Notes under the pieces: generated by a model
Seen by the model: only the letters and a program-made list of their open reading frames with translations
Databases searched by the model: none
Told to the model about the DNA's origin: nothing
Made by a program: the position numbers and the translations under genes
Part shown: piece by piece, positions 58,950 to 64,000 of the stretch
How the letters are laid out: each line of letters begins with the position of its first letter
How positions within the stretch are numbered: position 1 is the stretch's first letter
DNA from: Escherichia coli
Lineage (GTDB): Bacteria; Pseudomonadota; Gammaproteobacteria; Enterobacterales; Enterobacteriaceae
Length of the DNA stretch: 64,000 bases
Direction: 5' to 3' (one strand)
Assembly: GCF_022846255.1 (NCBI RefSeq)
Contig: NZ_AP025682.1

Positions 58950-59076
58950 CTGGGGGCCTCGCAATAGATTGACCAAGATGTGCCCCTAAATAGGCCCCCA
59001 AATGTGACTTGATTTACGTTCCCCTGAGGAGAATTAAGGCGACTATTTGAGTAACATAAGTAAGGGTATGTGCTGA

Positions 59077-59640
59077 TTATAAAGGCTTTTTGTGGGGTAT
59101 GGTAGATTTCAGGAGAGGTGTGCATGGTGTCCCCTGCAGAATGATGTAAACACCTGCTGCGAAGGTAATAGATTGCATGATGGAGAACATGAACCAGTTT
59201 TTACCACCACTAAGCTCTTTCACCACATCTGCACGCGCAAACAGGCACGTCACCAGGAAAATTATGCTCATGGTAAAAGAGATAGCAACCGGCGTGTCGC
59301 GCAAGAACAGCAGACTTTTCGGCACATTCATGTCTTCAGTCGAGTGGTCTTTATTACCAAACTTGCTGCCGATGAAACCGGCCAATACATAATATAATGT
59401 TGAGAAGTGGCCGATGGCAACGTCATCAGAACCGGTCACTTTCTTCATGTACGGATGCGCAATAGCCGGGAAAAAGACCATTGCCACGCCAACAACCAAA
59501 GAGCCAACGGCTATAAGCGTAATGCCGGTCATGCCTGCTGTTGCCAGAATTACCGCTACCATCATCGACATAAACAACGTGTGATGACCGGTCAGGAAGA
59601 TAAATTTCCACGGTGTGAAACGGGCAATCAGAATGTTGAT
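59077..59640 (-). pseudogene. Internal fragment of a PTS ascorbate-family (SgaT/UlaA-like) EIIC gene
   Basis: Minus-strand translation ...FLTGHHTLF...IGH...STEDMNVPKSLLFLRDTPVAISFTMSIIFLV...ILQG parallels the central region of UlaA-type IIC proteins; no N-terminus, and it diverges before the C-terminal half. Confidence 0.4.
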
Positions 59641-59642
59641 AA

Positions 59643-60014
59643 CCATCAGAACCGCTGGACTATCCCTCGGAAACGTTAGCTGAGATCCGCCATACCGGCG
59701 CACGAGCCGGGCTGGCATTTAATCCGGCGACCCCAATCGACGCCTGGCAATATCTAGCGTCTGAGCTGGACGGCGTGATGGTGATGACCTGTGAGCCCGA
59801 TGGGCACGGACAGCGGTTTATTCCCTCTATGTGCGAGAAAATCCAAAAAGTACGCACGGCTTTTCCTCAGACCGAGTGCTGGGCCGACGGTGGAATTACG
59901 CTGGCGGCAGCACAGCAACTGGCTGCAGCCGGGGGGCAGCATATGGTGATTGGGCGCGTCTTGTTCTTTTCATCTGACTATCGCGCGACCTTAGCTCAAT
60001 TCGCCACCCTGTAA
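59643..60014 (+). pseudogene. 3' fragment of a ribulose-phosphate 3-epimerase-family gene (SgcE/Rpe-like)
   Basis: In-frame translation ...TLAEIRHTGARAGLAFNPATPIDAWQYLASELDGVMVMTCEPDGHGQRFIPSMCEKIQKVR...ECWADGGITLAAAQQLAAAGGQHMVIGRVLF matches the C-terminal half of Rpe (GLVFNPATP ... GFGGQSFIP ... VDGG ... AAGAD). A TAA at 59640-59642 closes the frame upstream. Confidence 0.55.
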
Positions 60015-60030
60015 GAGGAGATTGTTTCTG

Positions 60031-60813
60031 ATGAGCCAACAGAGACCTGACCGTATCAAACAGATGCTGCACTACCTGTGGCAACATCGTCACCTCTCCA
60101 CACAGCAGGCCATGGAGCTTTTTGGCTATGCGGAGGCGACTGTCCGTCGTGATTTTCAGTATATTGCCAACCAGTACCCAGGAATGATCCGCGGTCACGG
60201 TTGTCTCGACTTCGACGACAGTACTGACGACAAAGAGTACGTTTTCGATGTGAAACGTACATTGCAATCTGTGGCGAAGAGAGAAATAGCCGCCCTTGCC
60301 CGAACGATGATCAAAGATGGCGACTGCTTTTTTCTCGACTCCGGCTCAACCTGCCTCGAACTGGCGAAATGCCTGGCCGATGCACGGGTGAAGGTCTCCT
60401 GCAACGACATTAAAATCGCCAATGAGCTGGGCTGTTTTCCCCATGTGGAAAGCTATATTATCGGTGGACTGATTCGCCCGGGTTATTTTTCGGTAGGAGA
60501 GAGTCTGGCGCTGGAGATGATCAATGCCTTTTCCGTAGAACGTGCGTTTATCTCCTGCGATGCGCTGTCGCTGGAGACGGGGATCACCAATGCCACCATG
60601 TTTGAGGTCCGGGTGAAAACACGGATTATTCAACGCTCGCGTGAAGTTATTCTCATGGCCGAACACTCAAAATTTGATGCCGTTGAGCCGCATGCTGTAG
60701 CAACACTCTCATGTATTAAAACGATCATTAGTGACAGCGGGTTACCTGAGACTATTGCACAGCGTTATCAGCGAGCCGGATGTCAGTTGTTTTTACCTCA
60801 TTCAATAAAGTGA
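60031..60813 (+). CDS. DeoR-family transcriptional regulator (SgcR-like)
   Basis: GAGGAG RBS before ATG 60031; N-terminal HTH and C-terminal DeoR sugar-binding domain; sits between the epimerase fragment and the yjhI-like gene as sgcR does in KpLE2. Confidence 0.7.
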   Translation: MSQQRPDRIKQMLHYLWQHRHLSTQQAMELFGYAEATVRRDFQYIANQYPGMIRGHGCLDFDDSTDDKEYVFDVKRTLQSVAKREIAALARTMIKDGDCFFLDSGSTCLELAKCLADARVKVSCNDIKIANELGCFPHVESYIIGGLIRPGYFSVGESLALEMINAFSVERAFISCDALSLETGITNATMFEVRVKTRIIQRSREVILMAEHSKFDAVEPHAVATLSCIKTIISDSGLPETIAQRYQRAGCQLFLPHSIK

Positions 60814-61115
60814 TAGGTAAGTTCGTTCGAGAGGGATTTCAAGCAAAAACAATCAATGGCACCCAATAGAAAATATTGGCGATGCGCTCGAACGAATAAA
60901 GAAGCCCTATGCGCAATCCACACGCTACGATGTTGCAACAACACTCCATCTACTTTTTATTCTCATTCACTAAATGTGGCTGTTCTGGATTCATTATTCA
61001 AAGTGTGTACAAGATCACATTTAATCACTTCATTACGGTTCAGCATGCTGAACAAAGCATATTTTCCACTATGTAATGCCGATACCATTTATTCCATGAG
61101 CAAGGAGGAGCCATT

Positions 61116-61904
61116 ATGGTTCGCAAAGGGTGTAATTCATTAGTCCGTGCTGAAAAAATATTAACCCACATTGCATGGGTTGGTATGGCAAGTTATATGG
61201 AGTTATTAAATAAATTTCAGTACCCAAAAAGCAGCCTGCTTAATTTATTGAATGTAATGGTGGAGTGTGGTTTCTTAATTAAAAACAAAAACGGCTACTA
61301 TTCACTGGGAATAAAAAACTACGAATTGGGTTGTCAGGCGTTACACCGCCAAAATATATTTGAGGTGACTAAGCGGCCAATGCAGGAGTTGTCGCTGAAA
61401 AGTGGACTGGTTTGTCATCTTGGGGCGATGGAGAGCATTTCGGCTATTTATCTCGACAAGATCGAAAGTCCGGACTCTGTACCGACGAGCAAAAGCTGGA
61501 TTGGCAAAAAACTTGAGTTGCATATTACCGCGTTGGGTAAGGCATTATTAGCCTGGAAGACACGAGAAGAATTAGATTATTTTTTAGAAGCACTCACGTT
61601 AACTCCGCATACGCGCAATACATTTACCGATAAAAAATCATTTCTGGAAGAATTACAAAAAACACGCCTTCGGGGATGGGCCATAGACAACGAAGAATCA
61701 ACCTATGGTGCGGTATGTTTAAGTATGCCGGTATTCAATATGTATAACAGAGTTAACTATGCAATCTCACTTTCTGGCGATCCGGTAATTTATTCAGGAA
61801 ATAAGATAGACAGCTATCTGGAGTTGCTCCGGAAATGCACAGGGCAAATATCATATGGGCTGGGATACAGAAACGAAAATGAGCATTTACGAAAAGGAAA
61901 CTGA
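61116..61904 (+). CDS. yjhI: IclR-family regulator (YjhI/XynR-like)
   Basis: 262-aa ORF with an AAGGAGGAG RBS, directly upstream of yjhH/yjhG-like genes. Confidence 0.65.
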   Translation: MVRKGCNSLVRAEKILTHIAWVGMASYMELLNKFQYPKSSLLNLLNVMVECGFLIKNKNGYYSLGIKNYELGCQALHRQNIFEVTKRPMQELSLKSGLVCHLGAMESISAIYLDKIESPDSVPTSKSWIGKKLELHITALGKALLAWKTREELDYFLEALTLTPHTRNTFTDKKSFLEELQKTRLRGWAIDNEESTYGAVCLSMPVFNMYNRVNYAISLSGDPVIYSGNKIDSYLELLRKCTGQISYGLGYRNENEHLRKGN

Positions 61905-61908
61905 GGTA

Positions 61909-62814
61909 ATGAAAAAATTCAGCGGCATTATTCCACCGGTATCCAGCACGTTTCATCGTGACGGAACCCTTGATAAAAAGGCAATGCGCGAAGTTGCCGA
62001 CTTCCTGATTAATAAAGGGGTTGACGGGCTGTTTTATCTGGGTACCGGTGGTGAATTTAGCCAAATGAATACAGCCCAGCGCATGGCGCTCGCCGAAGAA
62101 GCTGTAACCATTGTCGACGGGCGAGTGCCGGTATTGATTGGCATCGGTTCCCCTTCCACTGACGAAGCGGTCAAACTGGCGCAGCATGCGCAAGCCTGCG
62201 GCGCTGATGGTATCGTCGCCATCAACCCCTACTACTGGAAAGTCGCCCCACGAAATCTTGACGACTATTACCAGCAGATCGCCCGTAGTGTCACCCTACC
62301 GGTGATCCTGTACAACTTTCCGGATCTGACGGGTCAGGACTTAACCCCGGAAATCGTGACGCGTCTGGCTCTGCAAAACGAGAATATCGTTGGCATCAAA
62401 GACACCATCGACAGCGTTGGTCACTTGCGTACGATGATCAACACAGTTAAGTCAGTACGCCCGTCGTTTTCGGTATTCTGCGGTTACGATGATCATTTGC
62501 TGAATACGATGCTGCTGGGCGGCGACGGTGCGATAACCGCCAGCGCTAATTTTGCTCCGGAACTCTCCGTCGGCATCTACCGCGCCTGGCGTGAAGGCGA
62601 TCTGGCGACTGCCGCGACGCTGAATAAAAAACTACTACAACTGCCCGCTATTTACGCCCTCGAAACACCGTTTGTCTCACTGATCAAATACAGCATGCAG
62701 TGTGTCGGGCTGCCTGTAGAGACATATTGCTTACCACCGATTCTTGAAGTTTCAGAAGAAGCCAAAGAAAAAGTCCGCGCACTGCTGTCCGCGCAAGGTA
62801 TTTTATCGGACTGA
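61909..62814 (+). CDS. yjhH: DapA-family 2-dehydro-3-deoxy-D-pentonate aldolase (YjhH-like)
   Basis: Start at [50 protein letters not shown], recalled as near-identical to K-12 YjhH. Confidence 0.8.
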   Translation: MKKFSGIIPPVSSTFHRDGTLDKKAMREVADFLINKGVDGLFYLGTGGEFSQMNTAQRMALAEEAVTIVDGRVPVLIGIGSPSTDEAVKLAQHAQACGADGIVAINPYYWKVAPRNLDDYYQQIARSVTLPVILYNFPDLTGQDLTPEIVTRLALQNENIVGIKDTIDSVGHLRTMINTVKSVRPSFSVFCGYDDHLLNTMLLGGDGAITASANFAPELSVGIYRAWREGDLATAATLNKKLLQLPAIYALETPFVSLIKYSMQCVGLPVETYCLPPILEVSEEAKEKVRALLSAQGILSD

Positions 62815-62824
62815 GGAGAGGATC

Positions 62825-64000
62825 ATGTCTGTTCGCCATATTTTTGCTGACGAAAGTCGCGATATCTACACCGTCAGAACCCACGCAGATGGCCCTGACG
62901 GAGAACTGCCTCTGACGGCGGAAATGCTCATCAACCGCCCGAGTGGGGATCTGTTCGGGATGACCATGAATGCCGGAATGGGCTGGTCTCCGGACGAGCT
63001 GGATCGGGACTGTATTCTACTGCTCAGCACACTGGGAGGGGTACGCGGGGCAGACGGTAAGCCCATCGCGCTGGCGTTGCATCAGGGCCACTACGAGCTG
63101 GATATCCAGATGAAAGCGGCTGCGGAGGTAATCAAAGCGAACCGTGTCCTGCCCTATGCCGTCTATGTTTCCGATCCGTGCGACGGACGAACTCAGGGTA
63201 CGACGGGTATGTTTGACTCGCTACCGTACCGTAATGACGCCGCCATGGTGATGCGTCGTCTTATCCGCTCTCTGCCCGATGCAAAAGCCGTCATAGGCGT
63301 GGCGAGCTGCGACAAGGGACTTCCGGCCACCATGATGGCGCTTGCCGCGCAGCATAACAAAGCGACGGTGCTGGTGCCCGGTGGCGCGACTCTACCCGCA
63401 GGGGATGGGGAAGATAACGGCAAGGTGCAGACCATCGGTGCCCGCTTCGCCAATGGCGAGTTATCACTACATGATGCCCGCCGTGCGGGTTGTAAAGCCT
63501 GTGCCTCCTCCGGCGGCGGCTGCCAATTTCTGGGCACCGCCGGGACATCACAGGTAGTAGCTGAAGGATTAGGACTGGCTATCCCGCACTCAGCACTGGC
63601 CCCATCCGGCGAACCGGTGTGGCAGGAGATAGCCAGAGCCTCCGCGAAGGCGGCGTTGAACTTATGTAAACAAGGCATCACCACCCGGGAAATACTTACC
63701 GATAAAGCGATTGAGAATGCGATGACGGTCCATGCGGCGTTCGGTGGTTCAACAAATCTGTTGCTGCATATTCCGGCGATTGCCCATCAGGCCGGCTGCC
63801 ATATTCCAACCGTTGACGACTGGATCCGCATCAACAAGCGGGTGCCCCGACTGGTAAGCGTACTCCCCAATGGTCCGGTTTATCACCCGACAGTGAATGC
63901 CTTCATGGCGGGAGGTGTGCCGGAGGTGATGCTGCATCTTCGTAGTCTGGGATTGCTGCATGAAGACGTGATGACGGTCACCGGCAGCACGCTGAAAGAA
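62825..64000 (+). CDS. yjhG: D-xylonate dehydratase (IlvD/EDD family, YjhG-like); partial, 3' end beyond the window
   Basis: ATG at 62825 with open frame to the window end (392 codons). N-terminus [61 protein letters not shown] recalled as YjhG. Confidence 0.75.
   Translation, partial: MSVRHIFADESRDIYTVRTHADGPDGELPLTAEMLINRPSGDLFGMTMNAGMGWSPDELDRDCILLLSTLGGVRGADGKPIALALHQGHYELDIQMKAAAEVIKANRVLPYAVYVSDPCDGRTQGTTGMFDSLPYRNDAAMVMRRLIRSLPDAKAVIGVASCDKGLPATMMALAAQHNKATVLVPGGATLPAGDGEDNGKVQTIGARFANGELSLHDARRAGCKACASSGGGCQFLGTAGTSQVVAEGLGLAIPHSALAPSGEPVWQEIARASAKAALNLCKQGITTREILTDKAIENAMTVHAAFGGSTNLLLHIPAIAHQAGCHIPTVDDWIRINKRVPRLVSVLPNGPVYHPTVNAFMAGGVPEVMLHLRSLGLLHEDVMTVTGSTLKE

Noticed and set aside
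58950-59140. tRNA gene expected next to the P4-type integrase
   Set aside because: No match by eye to tRNA-Phe, tRNA-Leu or a generic T-arm (GGTTCGAATCC-like) and acceptor end. Left as an open question rather than a feature.
59092-59679. + strand ORFs of 71-101 aa within the PTS fragment region
   Set aside because: They overlap the antisense PTS IIC fragment and have no domain or RBS support.

Overview
This window reads as an Escherichia coli (ExPEC-type) chromosomal accessory region, annotated by eye from the sequence and ORF track without any database search. From left to right: (1) a group 2 capsule (kps) locus: two AT-rich serotype-specific region 2 genes on the + strand (a 1117-aa multidomain enzyme and a hexapeptide-repeat acetyltransferase), convergent with the conserved region 1 operon kpsFEDUCS on the - strand. 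(2) A tRNA-Phe 3'-end remnant plus terminator at about 13.5-13.6 kb that looks like an island boundary, next to an IS110-family remnant. (3) A CP4-44-like cryptic prophage module on the - strand: GTPase, Ag43 autotransporter with its three-GATC phase-variation switch, DUF932, antirestriction, RadC-like, YeeT-like, CbeA/CbtA toxin-antitoxin, YeeW-like and a DUF4942-like protein. (4) A LysR regulator, dienelactone-hydrolase-like protein and MFS transporter. (5) A decayed mosaic with AlpA, a putative RHH-domain protein, iteron-like repeats, a putative HUH Rep-like gene, two coupled Cys-rich paralogs, an alpA pseudogene and an IS2 copy truncating a sugar-kinase gene. (6) A 3.2-kb AT-rich stretch with no long ORFs, then a TPR-like protein and a membrane protein with an (ENH)6 repeat. 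(7) A seven-gene sugar-acid catabolic cluster. (8) An IS2-group element, an IS-flanked gene fragment, IS911, and a P4-type integrase with no adjacent tRNA. (9) PTS IIC and epimerase gene fragments followed by an sgcR/yjhI/yjhH/yjhG-like xylonate module that runs off the window end. No CRISPR array, rRNA or intact tRNA gene was recognised. The strongest candidates for undescribed biology are the region 2 capsule enzyme, the RHH/AlpA block, the Cys-rich gene pair, the TPR/membrane-protein pair and the sugar-acid cluster; all are unverified inferences.
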